The notes beneath the pieces are model-generated. The model was not told the origin of the DNA. It saw only the letters and a list, made by a program, of their open reading frames with translations, and searched no databases. This document shows, piece after piece, positions 37,201 through 50,022 of a DNA stretch of 64,000 nt; the stretch's first letter is position 1, and each line of letters starts with the position of its first letter. Location: positions 2,666,001-2,730,000 of the forward strand of contig NW_025764892.1 in the NCBI RefSeq assembly GCF_003918875.1. Reading direction: 5' to 3'. Origin of the DNA: Haliotis rubra (taxonomy: Eukaryota). The position numbers and the translations under genes are program-made.

Positions 37201-38446
37201 TTCTAAGCCACGCACACCAATTGCAGCTGCATAGGTGATTGGTCCCACACAGACTAATAAGTAACCTTATTATACATAGTTTAATTAAACGTCTCTTTGC
37301 TGCGCATTGTGAGATTATGCTATAATTTATCTAACGCATTAAACCTCCACTCGTTAATCTTGGACCGTATATATTAGTGTTATATTCCTTCTCGGCACCT
37401 ACATATCCAGGATATACTACAAATTCCCGACCTGCGTCTCTAGACTGGAAGCAATTTCCTGTAGGAGAGACTTGCTTGACACACTCAGTGTCTGCATCGA
37501 AATAAAGACATCACACATTGTAAAGTTGACGAATGGACCTGCTAACGACTTGGTCATGTAAATTGTCTATTTGCATGACATAACTAGCTGTTAATCACAA
37601 ACTCATCCCATTTGCGTTTCCCTAGCTAGACCAATATCAGTGAAACAGACGCCAGGGTCATCGAACATTTCATGAATCAGGTTTGAGTTACAAACCCCAA
37701 ATCCGCTTGAAAACCGACGCGCGAAGAGGATAATCCTCTCATTGTCGTTTTGAATCCATTCTCGCCAGCAAGTCGTAAAACGAGCCTAAACAAATTCAGA
37801 ATTCTGTTTGTCTTCTCTCCACACCAGCTCTGGATGATCTGTGAACAGATCCAATGCCTCATTACGTCTTCAAACGGCGTCGGATTTTCACCTGGTTGGT
37901 GATATTACTTCAAAGCTGCCCCCTCCCGGAACATGGCAATGAATCACCTGTGGTTCCTTCACAAGGATTAATGTAATTATCCACAGAAAGGTGTTTGGAT
38001 TTACAGCGGTGAAGTCTTACTTTGGAAGTCTAAAGCCTCGTTTAATGGCCTCCCAACTCGAGAGTCATTTGGTTGATTAAGACATGGGGAAAGGGGCGTC
38101 TGTTGGTTGACCGGTGCTGTGGGATCACTTACCACGTTGGTGCTAAACCATGTGAAAGTCGACTTCAGCATGAACACCGAGAGGGCCTTTGGTCCTAATG
38201 AGCCATGTTTAACCTAATTGGCACTTTCGTGAGATAAAGGGACGACGTTGTCGAGAACGTACATCCTCAGCGAACGTTTCAAGAAGAAGCCATGTCAGCG
38301 CAGGAACCTGTAAATGTGAATGTTCTTTAACACCTAAACATCAGTGTATCACCTCCTCTGGTGCGGATGCTCTCACACACACGCGCAAGCACGTACGCAC
38401 GAACGACAAAACAATGAACAAAGTCACACATTGTCACCACTCAAAC

Positions 38447-38668
38447 CACAGAGGCGTGTCACGTTTAGAAACAGCGTTAGAAAGACATATAGGTATATAG
38501 ACCCTACCCTACTGTCACGCTTAGAAACAGCGTTAGAAAGACATATAGGTATATAGACCCTACCCTGTTAGAAAGACATATAGGTATATAGACCCTACCC
38601 TAGTAGGGTAGGGTCTATATACCTATATGTCTTTCTAACGCTGTTTCTAAGCGTGACACGCCCCTGTG
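38447..38668. mobile_element. P-element-like palindromic MITE with internal tandem duplications
   Basis: CACAG...CTGTG ends, near-perfect fold-back, perfect 8-bp TSD ACTCAAAC (38439-38446 / 38669-38676). Confidence 0.85.
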
Positions 38669-38769
38669 ACTCAAACCCCAGGCCAGTTACGTCAACTCTC
38701 GCATCAAAGCATGACGTACTGGGGAAGCATGACGTACTGGGGACGTTTCTTGACTAACGCTGCATCCAA

Positions 38770-39544
38770 CAAAAGTTCCAGCGGTCTGTGAATATTCCAA
38801 TCGGGGTCACACAATCCAGTGACTGACATCATGAGCATCCATCTACGCAATACGATGACATGCGTCAACCATGTCAGTTTTTCTGACCAACCGATTTCGT
38901 TACTCACTTCTTACGACAAGCATCACTAATTTCTACCCGAAACGTCACGGAGTAATCCGACGTTACCCTCTGTAAAGAGGAATGATAACTTGGAGCGGAG
39001 TCTGTGAGTAAGGCATATTCATCATGTCAGTTTTCAAGCTATCTGAGAGGAAACCAATATTGTAATCGGGTGTTCAGAAAGCCTCAGGAACGTGAGTGAT
39101 TAAGATGGGTTTTACGCCGCTTTTAGCAATATTCCAGCGATATCACGGGGGACATGAGAAATAAGGTTCACAAAATGACCCCAAATGGGGAATTGAACCC
39201 GGGTCTTGAACGTGACGAGTTAACGCCTTAACCACTGGGCTACCCCACCGCCCCCTCACGATCATGACCACTCGTGTCATTCAGGGACATGCTGAATGTC
39301 TTCTTTCAGCATGTTGAAACTGAAAGGGTGGATAAGTTGACGATCGGAACATCGATATAATATATCATTAAGACAGATAGGGGTCGGATGAAAATAGTAG
39401 CTTTCACACATAGTGGAAGTGGGCTGGCCTGGTTAAAGTGTTCGCTGAGACTGGATTTGATTACAATGTGAAGCCCATTTCTGGTGTCCAACGCCGTGAT
39501 ATTGTTGGAATATGCTAAAAGCTGCGTAAAAACAAACTCACTCA
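38770..39544. mobile_element. Cluster: degraded family B (-, ~38770-38950), SINE A (-, 39092-39255), internally deleted SINE A (+, 39414-39544)
   Basis: Recognisable family cores and tails. Confidence 0.75.
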
Positions 39545-39871
39545 CACAGATCGCATTATGCGTGGAATTGAAGAAGGGATTTTGACGTAATGGGTGCAGT
39601 CTTCAACCACTAAACTACCACGCTGGTTAGGGTAGCCTATGGCCATGATACTGTACCAGTAGCACATAGTGCTTAGAATGTAAGTCTTTATTTTAGGCTA
39701 GGAACCACCGTGAAATACACATAGAAATACATTTTTATTTGGCGTTTCTTCATTACAGTTCCAATATTTGCATACTCTCACGCATTTGGCTTGAGACGTC
39801 AGGACTCGGCCGGGAAGGGCATCTCAAGTTTTTTTTTCTCTCTCTCTTGGAATTGGAAGATCTGTTTTCGC

Positions 39872-40019
39872 CAGGGGCGTAGCTACCATTATGAAAGAAA
39901 AGCCCGGGCTTACACATGATTGTTGCTATAAAGGTTGGACAAGCCCTCAATACTTTCTAAATATAAAGCTTTTGCAACCTATCGGGCTTACACGAAAAAG
40001 ATGGCCAGCTACGCGCCTG
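39872..40019. mobile_element. hAT-like MITE with 5-bp TSD
   Basis: TIR CAGGGGCGTAGCT / AGCTACGCGCCTG; TSD TTCGC on both sides. Confidence 0.7.
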
Positions 40020-41005
40020 TTCGCAGTAAATGTGGCAGCCTGTTATGTATGACATCAGTTCGCCTCAAGAATGGTTCGCCATTATTCTTGCGCACCAACT
40101 GCGCCCGCTCTCAAGTTTTCAAATCATCTTTCCGTCCAACATCTAGAATAACACGAGCAACGATTTATCCCAATTTATTCCCCACACCTTTCACTACGAT
40201 ATATTGGGACAGAATTGCTCCTCTTACTGGGCGTCGACGACAGCTATTAAGTCGTTCGTTGCAGCCTGTCTTACTCAGCACCTTGCGTGAGGTGAAGGTC
40301 ATGTAACTTCCCGTCGTCATGCAGAAATGAATGGGAAGACACGATCCCAGTCACAATAAATCTTTAAACTATAATTAACACGTCTTAAACGCTTTCTCTG
40401 GGTCACAATGACAGTGTAGGATGCATGTAATTTACTCTCAAAGAATATGTCTACAATGTGAGCGGAAAGTTTGTGAATAAGCTAGCTCAATGTTATTGCA
40501 AATGACAACAGGGGAAGGCCTACGCATAAACGTACAAAGGGTACTCTAGGCTGTGGGGATATGAAATGCAACACGTCTAAAGGTATTAATATTCAAATGA
40601 GATATACGTGCATCCCCATCTCAAGCAGTGCATCATCATATGAATTCAAGCGCCACAGGTGCATGTGCAAGTTACAATAGAACGTAGGCTTGTGATTGTT
40701 CGAGTCTTCACAATGATCGATGGATGTCAACTCCAGGTAGACGAAATCAGTAGTAGAGCAGCGATGAATTTGAGCCTCCTTCGCGATGTATCGTTAACAT
40801 CACGGCGAGAGGTCCGAGCATGTGGTTATTGCAATACTTTCTGCATTCATAAGCAGGTAATGCTTTAATTGTTCAGAAACATTCTCAGACCAACGCTTAG
40901 TCTCTGAAAAAGTATCAAGCATAAATTTAAACAAACATTTGAAATAAAAATAAGTATCGGGGATATTCAGAACTTGTGAAAAATCTAGACTTGCTTCATT
41001 TAAGG

Positions 41006-41201
41006 TAGTCTGTCTCAGAGTCCCTGAACCACATTATTTCCCTACTGCCAAGCCCTATCTGCAATGCTAAAGCCCTAAATAAAGCAGTCTAGATTTCCTC
41101 AGGTTCAGAATCTCTGGTCTCCCTGGGGCTCCTTTTCAATTTAAATGGGCTTGTTTGCTACTATCAAAATTATATATATTCAGAGACTAAGCGTTAGTCT
41201 A
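41006..41201. mobile_element. AcademH-like MITE nested in an older, inverted copy of the same family (from ~40886)
   Basis: TAG...CTA termini; perfect 9-bp TSD CATTTAAGG (40997-41005 / 41202-41210). Confidence 0.8.
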
Positions 41202-41555
41202 CATTTAAGGCTGCAGCAGTTCAGTGACTGTAATAATACAGTTGTTAGTATGTTTCATCCGAAGATGGGGAAATCGTTTCGTTATGTTTCACAGAAAAAT
41301 CTGTCAATGCTGTATCGAACATCAAGTGTAAGTTTTATTTACAAAGCTTACACTTACTACTTTTAAAATAAGTAAATTTACCCTTGAACGATATTCCAGT
41401 GAATTATAGTACGGCATGCCAGCTTAATGTGGGAGGAAAAGCCGATGTGTGTGTGTGTGTGTGTGTGTGTGCGTGCGTCCTCGCAAAATCCCCTGCGGCA
41501 AAGATCGCAACACGAATTATTTTTTGAAGGCATACACCACGCACTCATTCCAACA

Positions 41556-41859
41556 CAGTGTTTGCCCTTAAGCCTGAAAAGCTGCAGGCCCTGAGGACCC
41601 AGAACCATACAAAAATATCCTGATCAGAATGTGTAGGGCCTATATTTTAACTACAAAATAAGTAATTCCCAAGAAAAATGTGACAACTAATTTATAAATT
41701 TAAACAAGAAATTATTGAATGATATTTTCTGAAACATAATACTCTCAGTTATTGGGGATGAAAAAGCTGTCGGCCATAAGGACCTGGAGAAAACAAAAGC
41801 TGTGGTTTTCAGTCGACTTCGGCCCGAAGGAGTCGTGCCGACGTTAATTTCGAACGCTG
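41556..41859. mobile_element. hAT-type MITE
   Basis: CAGTGTTTGCCCTTAA...TTAATTTCGAACGCTG; perfect 8-bp TSD TTCCAACA; homologous to 22213-22430. Confidence 0.85.
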
Positions 41860-42612
41860 TTCCAACATTCTTACATTTATCGGCTTGCTTTTTAATAGTA
41901 ACATCTCGAATTCTATGGTAATGAGCTGTACGTAAAACGTTTCTCCATGACTATCAGTTAAGCCTGATTGAAGGATCAATTAATATCTTGTCTTGCTTAA
42001 TCTATATATATCAGTATACCTAATTCATGTTACGTGTTAATGGCTCCAACTTTGGCCAATAAACCTTCAGTGTTCACGTGTTCGAGCATGCCTTGCAAAA
42101 CTTGAGCTATTTAGCATTACAAATCTTTGATATTGTATATGTTTGTGTCTTTTCAGTGTTGAGAATATAATGTAAAGTATCTGAAAACCAACATGACATT
42201 TGAGTCCAATTCCATAAATAACTCGTCATGGACAGTTGACCTGCGGGCATGGCATGGGATATCTACGCGTATCTATACGAGACGTTGGTATTTATGTTTT
42301 GTTTATTCATCCTAAATCTGTCGCGTATGACAACGTCAGACTGCGCTATGTGAAGTACATCTACATGCTCTTGTCGATTGTCAGGTCACAACTTTATCAC
42401 GCGGCGGACTCCTTTGGTTATATTGGTCTAGCCTAGACAAGTCGTGATAATGTTAGGCGTAAAACTCTATTCACTCGCTCACCACAGGAACGATGCTTTA
42501 GTAACGAACTGGTCCTGCTTATTTACCAAAATGGAAGGAAAGTACAGTACCCTGGACAAACGAAGATGGTATTGATACTTGATATCAACTCTTCCGTTGT
42601 GGCACAGGAGCT

Positions 42613-42782
42613 GTGTCATTCGTAACTACTCGTGTCATTCCGGCAAGCCGCATGGCTTGTTGGTCACGGAAAGAGGCAGGTAGTTACGAATGCTGTAAGT
42701 GTAATACGAGGCATTCGTCACCACTCGCCCATTTCCGTAACCTTCGGTTTGTCCCGGAATAACACGAGGTCACGAATGACAC
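42613..42782. mobile_element. Palindromic MITE, unclassified (half copy at ~30612-30688)
   Basis: Inverted arms GTGTCATTCGT...ACGAATGACAC; right arm CATTCGTCACCACTCGCCCATTTCCGTAACC repeated at 30.6 kb. Confidence 0.65.
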
Positions 42783-43307
42783 CCGAAGCTGCAGAGTCTG
42801 TGGGGTGCAGGAAAGGTCACCACCCCTACACTCCGCGTGAGGTCCCGTGTCTGAATCACGGTCATCACTGACAATGACATGACAATACTTTATTACTTAG
42901 GGAATTCTTTTTACATTTGAAAGTGAGCACATAATTAAATATTCAAAAATGACAACAAGGTTAAAAACCCACAAAACAACAAACACAGTTAACAGTCATT
43001 CAAAAGGCGAATACTTGCTGGAATAAAAGAATTTGGAACTCTTTTTGTTTTGAAACTGGGCATTTGGTACCGGCGGGTAAAAGATTATCTTCAAAAATAA
43101 AACGTGTCTGGAATCAGAAAAATCCTCTCAGCAAGGTTAAAAACACGGGAATTTAAAAGAGAAGGTAAATCCGAAACAGAAACCCAAGAGATTTTACTTG
43201 CAATTAAAATGATTTTGTTAAGATAGGATTTGCTTTTGATATTAAGAGAGCCATATACTTTCAACAAAACAACGATACAACAACAACATCACCTTTTTGC
43301 TTATGTT

Positions 43308-43839
43308 AAAACATGCCTATCGTAAGAGGCGACTGCGCCTAATGCGACTAATGAAAAGCGACTAATGGAGTCGGGTGGTCTTGATGACTTGTTTGATACA
43401 CATCGTTGTAACCAAATTTCTAGACCTATACTGATAATACCAATCACTGGATTGTCTGGGCCAGAATCGATTACAAACCCCCACCACACACACACACCCA
43501 CCCACCCCAACCCCGTCAAATAGATGGAATATTGTGCGTGACAATCATCAATAAACAAAGGAAACAAAACAGAGTGAATGAGTGAGTTTGGTGTTGATCA
43601 CTGGATTGCCTGGTCCAGACTCGAGTATTTACACACCGCCCCCATACAGAATACTGCTGAGTGCGGCGTTAAAGTGAGTGAGTGAGTATGATTTTACGCC
43701 GCTTGTAGCAATGTTCCAGCAATTTCACGGCGGGGGACACCGGAAATGGGCTTCACACATTGTACCCATGTGGGGAATCGAACCCAGGTCTTCGGCGTGT
43801 CGAGCGAACACTTTAACCTCCAGGCTACCCCACCGCCCC
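43308..43839. mobile_element. Cluster: degraded family B (+, 43308-43560), family B 3' part (+, 43590-43672), SINE A (-, 43673-43839)
   Basis: CGTAAGAGGCGACT and ATCACTGGATTG cores; full SINE A tail-to-tail with family B. Confidence 0.75.
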
Positions 43840-44229
43840 GAAACAAAACAGAAATTGTTCGTACTAATCATGGTGACGTATGCAAAAAGGCTTTGTTCGA
43901 AATGTACCTCTGTTCACCCAGCACTGTATGGGTACCTGGTAGTAATGTGATTGTAAACCTCCTACGACAGTTATGGTTATATACTCCCGTGGGAAGTGAG
44001 AATGAATATTAAGTATACACTGCTGTACAGACCGGGGAATAATAATAAAGACTCTGAGCACTTTCTTGATGAATGGAACCTGGTGCGTTATGAACGGACT
44101 GCTATGTATTGCCTCGTTGGTCTCAGTCATGTGTGGCAACATATAGAAAATGTAAATGTATTTCGTTAAGTACAAATTAATAAAACGAAAATCTCGTTTG
44201 ATATTTTGTCTACTGTGAAACCTTCCATG

Positions 44230-44590
44230 AAAGACGACGCAGAATCCCTCTGATCATATGTATGTTATAAATGGAGTTTGTGAAATAATAATGTTTAAAA
44301 AGATCTCGTTCTATGACATGTTCAGTGAAACTCGAATCTGAATTCCCCAACCAAACATATATCAACTCTGAATGGAACTTGTGAAATAAACTGATCAAAA
44401 ATATTTCGTATAACATTTCACTCCTTAGAAACGTTCAGTGAAACTCGAATCTGAATTCCCCCAAACATATGTAAGCTCTACATGGAACTTGTGAAATAAA
44501 AATGTTCAAAGGGATCTCCTTCAACATTTTGCGACTTCTGCGTGATCTGTGAAACCCGACGCCGGATCCCTCTGAGCATATGTGTGGAGC
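44230..44590. repeat. Diverged tandem repeat, ~113-bp period
   Basis: GTTCAGTGAAACTCGAATCTGAATTCCCC at 44320 and 44432; TGGAACTTGTGAAATAAA-like motif three times. Confidence 0.65.
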
Positions 44591-47295
44591 GCGCGCTCTT
44601 TAAATGTTTAAACATAAAATCCCTAACATTACTTTATACGAGACACCGTCTTTAACCGTATCCGATTCTGATTCCTCGCTATCGCAATCTAAATGTGCTG
44701 ACACAGCACAAACACCCACAGTGGCGTGTAACGCTGGACGGTAAAACAATACGTCTGTGGTTACCTGCAGGTGTTCTGACACCCATTGAAGCCATTTTAC
44801 TCCGGTTTACCTGCATGAGGGTATTAATTAGTCACCTTTGAACCTTAGAAGCTACGCGAGACCCACAGGGCATTAGCTTTCATATCATAGTAAATGAACC
44901 AAAACGCACTTCACGACTATTTCCCGGGGCTGTGGTTTCTCTACAGGAGGAGTATGGGGTGCTTGTTTTAAGGTTGTACAAGGTGTGTTGGTATTGATGA
45001 ATGGTCCCTTGATTTGACCAAGTGAAGGGAATCGTTATAAACCTGAACGAAGATTTGTTCGTACAAGAGTAAACGGGTGCTTTCTATTCAGAGGGCCACG
45101 GTTTGACCTTTCAGGCGAGTCTGCAGTTATGAATGGTTTTGTAAAGACGGAAGCACTCACTCAGAAATGACTGCTTGCTAGGCGTTAAGGTAATATGTTT
45201 TCCTTCATTGTCTGTCTAGGTGCTTCCAAATACTTCTTTGTTAGATGAAGGTCATGGTTCGTGTCACTTAGATATCAGATCATGAAATGTTGTCATCCAT
45301 CCAATACAAATTGACCTTATTTCTTGAGGATACCTTTGACGAATGCCTTCGCAACAATGTCATGTTATGTTGCTGTTTTCCTTCCTCTTCATCCGACATT
45401 CCTATGATCAATAAAATCGAAAAAGAAATGCAATAAAAATATTTTCAATTTTCAGAACAAACTGATATGTATTTATAAAACAGTTAAAAGAGGATAAACT
45501 GTCCAGTAAAATTAATGATGACGCCAGCTGGTAGGTAAGTAAGGAAGATAGGCAGGAAGCACCTCACCAACGATGCTTACACATTAAATCAGTCAAACCG
45601 ACAAATAATAAACGTGTGTGTGCTTTATAATGACCTCTCTCCTTATTCTGACAAAACTTGCACCTGTAAAATAAATTCAATGTAAACTGCCTGAAAAGAA
45701 AGTATATATACCCATTTTGTACAGTGGCCAAAACAAAGCAACAAAATATTGTTTCAGCATCCGCTTTCCGCCTGGTAACGTTTGTAATTGTTTTGTGGAA
45801 TCCAGTTTTTCAAGTGAATAGTGTCTTTCACCCGGCACTTTATTCTTTCTTCAACTTGACGGTTTGTTGACACCAAGAGCGACACGTCCAAGGATCAAAT
45901 ACATTTTTCTTATCTTTATGTTTTAAACGTAAACAGCCTGCAGAGACGGAAGGACTATTTCGAACCTGGGTGGCGGGAACACATAACGCATCGCTGAACC
46001 TCCTAATATTTTCACATACAAGAAAAATATCCCATGCCTTTACCCAAATAGTAACTGCCATGCTTGGCTGATTGTAAACTTACTGACGCCATGTCAAATG
46101 TGCGAGAGTCATTGACCGGGGTGTGTGGACAAGGAATATGGCGTGAAAACAAGAATTCTTCGTTGTTTATTGGTGTTTTTTTGTTTTATGTTGCAGAAAA
46201 TGTACCCACGTGAAACAAGACAGTTTCAGTGTCTTTTGTCGCGATATTATGTTTTCAAAGGATTATTCTTATTATGTACTGATTGTTGTAGTGTCCAGAA
46301 CCAAACGGATCTCACGTTCTGCTATAAACTTTCATGTCGAGCGTCTTCTGTGTACATGTTTTTTGTCATCCTTCCTGGTGCTGTTAGGGAAGTCTAAAGG
46401 TTGCTACCCAGACACGTCGATTTTCATTAGATAGTTCGGACTGACGATATATTTATAAAACAGATTTCTTGTTCATAACTACCTTGGTTGGAATATGAGA
46501 CTTCCAGAGTAGGAAGGTTCCAGTGTTTAGAGGAACCTTTCTATTCCGTTCCCTGTCCGCCTGGCCGTCATCACTGAAGGTAAAGCTTCTAGTTGGTCAT
46601 CGGTATATTGGGTACCCGACAGACTGAATGGCAATGGGTCTCTTAGTAATCAAGCACCTGTGGGTAGATTGGGTTCAGTAAACCGATGGAGCTCAGAATG
46701 GAAACCACGTGCATACAGTTCCATTGACTAGGGTAATACTGCAGCGCTATGAGCATTGAACTGAATGTAACGCATTAACAGACTCGACCAAATAGGGTTC
46801 GGGAGGTCAGATTATTTGCATTTACGTAGAACCGGCGTGAACCATTTATCAAATAAGGAAAATGTTAAAGACTGACACATCGTGGTCGGTGTATTCCATC
46901 GATACCGCAGAAAATCAGTGTTAGAACTGGTATTTAAAAGGTGAATGCATTGCATAATAAAGATTTCATGGCTCATGTGTAAGTCAAAATGCATGTAAGT
47001 GATATGGGTTTAACCCCTCGTTGAGCAATAAGTCAGTTATACCATGGGGTAACATTGGGGATATACTCTGTTTACACACTGGCAATACTAGCCTAGAAAC
47101 CGTTACGATTGAGCTTCTTTCAGTCAACCCGTCAGCCAGAAAACCGGGGCAGTGGTGCACAGTTAACACTAAGTCTATAATCTTTAGTAACAGCACACAC
47201 GGGAATCATCAAGTCAATCGCCTTAGTCGAGTTGTACGAACAAATCAAATCCAGTCAGGCCGATATCACATAATCCAAAATCACTTGTGTTTCAA

Positions 47296-47619
47296 GGAGC
47301 GGTGGGGTAGCCCAGTGGTTAAAGCGTTCACTCGTCACGCCGAAAACCCAGGTTCTATTCGCCACATAGGTACAATGTGTGAAGCCCATTTCTGGTGTCT
47401 CCCGCCGTGATATTGCTGGAATATTGCTAAATATTGCGTAAAACCAAACTCACTCACTTGCAGTGTGTTCTTCTACCATCTCAAGGGGTGGTGGGGTAGC
47501 CTGGTGGTTGAAGTCCTCGGGTTCGATCCCCAACATGGGTACAACGTGTGAAGCCCATGTCTTGTGTCACCCGCCGTGATAATGCTGGAACATTGCTAAA
47601 AGTGGAGTATTACACTCAT
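47296..47619 (+). mobile_element. Two adjacent SINE family A copies (47296-47458, 47485-47619)
   Basis: Consensus matches; second copy has an internal deletion. Confidence 0.85.
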
Positions 47620-48195
47620 AGTCCCTTACATCTGAAACAATTAGGGTGATCGTGAAAACACATTTACCATGATAAACAGGACCCAATAGTAACCGTGAGA
47701 TAAACTAAGAGTTGGGGATGTTGCTGAAAAAACTCTGTTCTTGAAAAATGAAATTACTTAGTTTTGCAAGAAATACAAACAAAAACAACAGCACATACAC
47801 GCACACGCACGCACGCATATACACATAAACGCACGCACATACACGTACTCCCATCTCATCCCTACGAAGGGTCGGTCCTTCACAAGAAATATGATGAGAA
47901 TAGCGCCCTTGTTGTCTAAGCGACTACACGTTAGGTACATACGTACATTCGATACCCCTTACCTTCATAAATTTCAGCTATCATTAACCAGTACATGAAT
48001 CGTTTATCCTACATCAAGGACTCGCGAATAAATCACACATATTTATCCACGTTTCAAATAAAAAAATGTATCAGGGGTCTGTTCTACTTTGCAAACATAT
48101 CTAAGTTTGTTTATTGATAGCTTGGATTAAAGGCTCAACTGGTATGTTTGAGTTTAAAGTGTTCACAGAATGAATGTTTTGTCCCTGTGGAAATA

Positions 48196-49712
48196 AACTC
48201 TGTCAAAAAGAAACGCAACCCCTGTCCTCAGATATGAAAAAATTCGTTTGAATGAAGTTATTGCTTCCAAACTAAATTTTATTCGAATGTATTGAAATGA
48301 TACACGTAATTAATGAAGATTACCATCCAAACAACTGCATTTGTACGCATAAGTGTATTTTATTGCTTATTCCGTCACAACGCATGAAATGACCCTCATG
48401 GTGACTTCGCACAAAAACACATGCAAATCATGAAAATGGCAGTTAATGTAGGTGTATAAAAGCCCATGTGGTTCCGTAATATATTCATTCATTTGTCGCC
48501 GAAAAGCTGTGTTAAAATGCCACGATTGAGTGCTGCCGACCGAAATATCGCCATTGGTCGTGTTCAAGCCGGAGAAAGTTTGGAACTGTTGCACGGCACC
48601 TAAATGTTCACAAAACAACGATATCCCGACTTTGGAGCCGCTACAACAACTTCAATTTGACCAACGATCGCCCGAGAAGTGGAAGGCCAAGAATCACGAC
48701 CCCTTCAAGATCGGTACATCCGGGTCCATCACCTGCGTAATCGGCATGCCCTACCAACCGTGACTGCCACACAAATACCAGGTTTGAGGAGAGGTCAGCT
48801 CAAACGATTAGGAACCGTCTGAAAGAAGCGGGTTTACGTGCCTGTAGACCAGTTGTTGGACCTGTACTACGCCCCTACATCGACGCCGACGACTCAGGTG
48901 GTGCAACAACGTAAGGATACGGACTTTACAAAACTGGAGGCGAATCTGGTTTTCTGATGAATCACGTTTTCTTTTGCAACGTCACGACGGAAGACAGCGT
49001 CTGTATAGGAGACGTCATAAACGTTTTGCGCCCATCTGCGTCCGACAGGTGGACAGATTTGGCGGAGAAAGCGTCATGGTTTGGGGAACCATCTCATACA
49101 ACCAGAAATCAGACTTGGTGATCGTTCCAGGGAACCTGACAGCCCAACGTTACATCAACCACGTGTTAGAGCTTCACCTTCTCCCGATTATTGACCAACA
49201 GACACAGATTTTTCAACGGGACAACGCCCGGCCTCATACTGCACGTGCAACAATGAACTTTCTGCAGAATTCCAACGTCAATGTCTTGCCATGACCCTCT
49301 AAATCACCAGACCTCAACCCTATTGAACACCTGTGGGATACTCTGGATCGACGCGTACGTCAACGTCAGCCGCCGCCACAGACGCTGCAACAGCTCGCCG
49401 TTGCACTGCAGGAGGAGTGGAGAGCCATTCCCCAGGAAAGAATCCGGCGTCTTATCCGTTCTTGTCCAAGGAGATGCCGTGCAGTGATTGCAGCGCGTGG
49501 TGCTCATACGAGATACTGAGAAAGACGCCCCCCTGGTGACAAACTGGTGTCTGTGAGATGACTTTTGAAATGACAATTTTAAACATGCCCATCTGGGTTA
49601 TTATTCTGCCAAATTTCCGACTTCTGTCTTCAATAATAAAAATGCCGTGTCGTCCTAAAACTTCAGATCAAAATCTCTAAAATACAGGGGTTGCGTTTCT
49701 TTTGACAGAGTT
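48196..49712 (+). mobile_element. Tc1-family DNA transposon (1517 bp), full length but inactivated
   Basis: ~30-bp TIR AACTCTGTCAAAA(A)GAAACGCAACCCCTGT, TA TSD on both sides. Confidence 0.95.
48517..49519 (+). pseudogene. Tc1 DD34E transposase pseudogene
   Basis: MPRLSAADRNIAIG..., WFSDESRF, SVMVWG, FQRDNARPH, P*PSKSPDLNPIEHLW (34 residues between D and E), GAHTRY*; frameshifts and a TGA at the conserved Trp. Confidence 0.95.
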
Positions 49713-49833
49713 TATTATATCTGTATTGTAACCATGTATAGATGCGGCTTCTTATGACTGTATCCACATTGTAGGAGCGTGTGGCGAGGGAACGCCAAAA
49801 AAGTGGGCAGAGATCGGATCAACGTGACTTTCA

Positions 49834-49873
49834 ATACTACACTTTGATCTTAGCCAAAGGGCCGGGAAGCGAT
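49834..49873 (-). pseudogene. U2: U2 snRNA 5' fragment (nt 1-40)
   Basis: Minus strand ATCGCTTCCCGGCCCTTTGGCTAAGATCAAAGTGTAGTAT = U2 5' end with two substitutions; similarity stops right after the branch-point pairing GTAGTA. Confidence 0.9.
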
Positions 49874-49916
49874 TCCAACAATTGAAACCTTCGTGCGTTT
49901 AATTATCTGTAGCAAC

Positions 49917-50022
49917 TTGTTGGACATTACTCATTTGCTTGATAAAGGTGTTAGTAGCTACACCGAAACGTCGCTCATATTATATTAAAGAAGTTGTATA
50001 TCCATAGAACTCTCCTCGTTGT
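49917..50022 (+). mobile_element. Penelope-like terminal-repeat fragment with degenerate minimal hammerhead motif
   Basis: TTGATAA-AGGTG(TTAGTAGCTA)CACC-GAAACGTC then ATTAAA; flanked by 14-bp direct repeat TTATCTGTAGCAAC (49903-49916 / 50023-50036). Confidence 0.6.
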
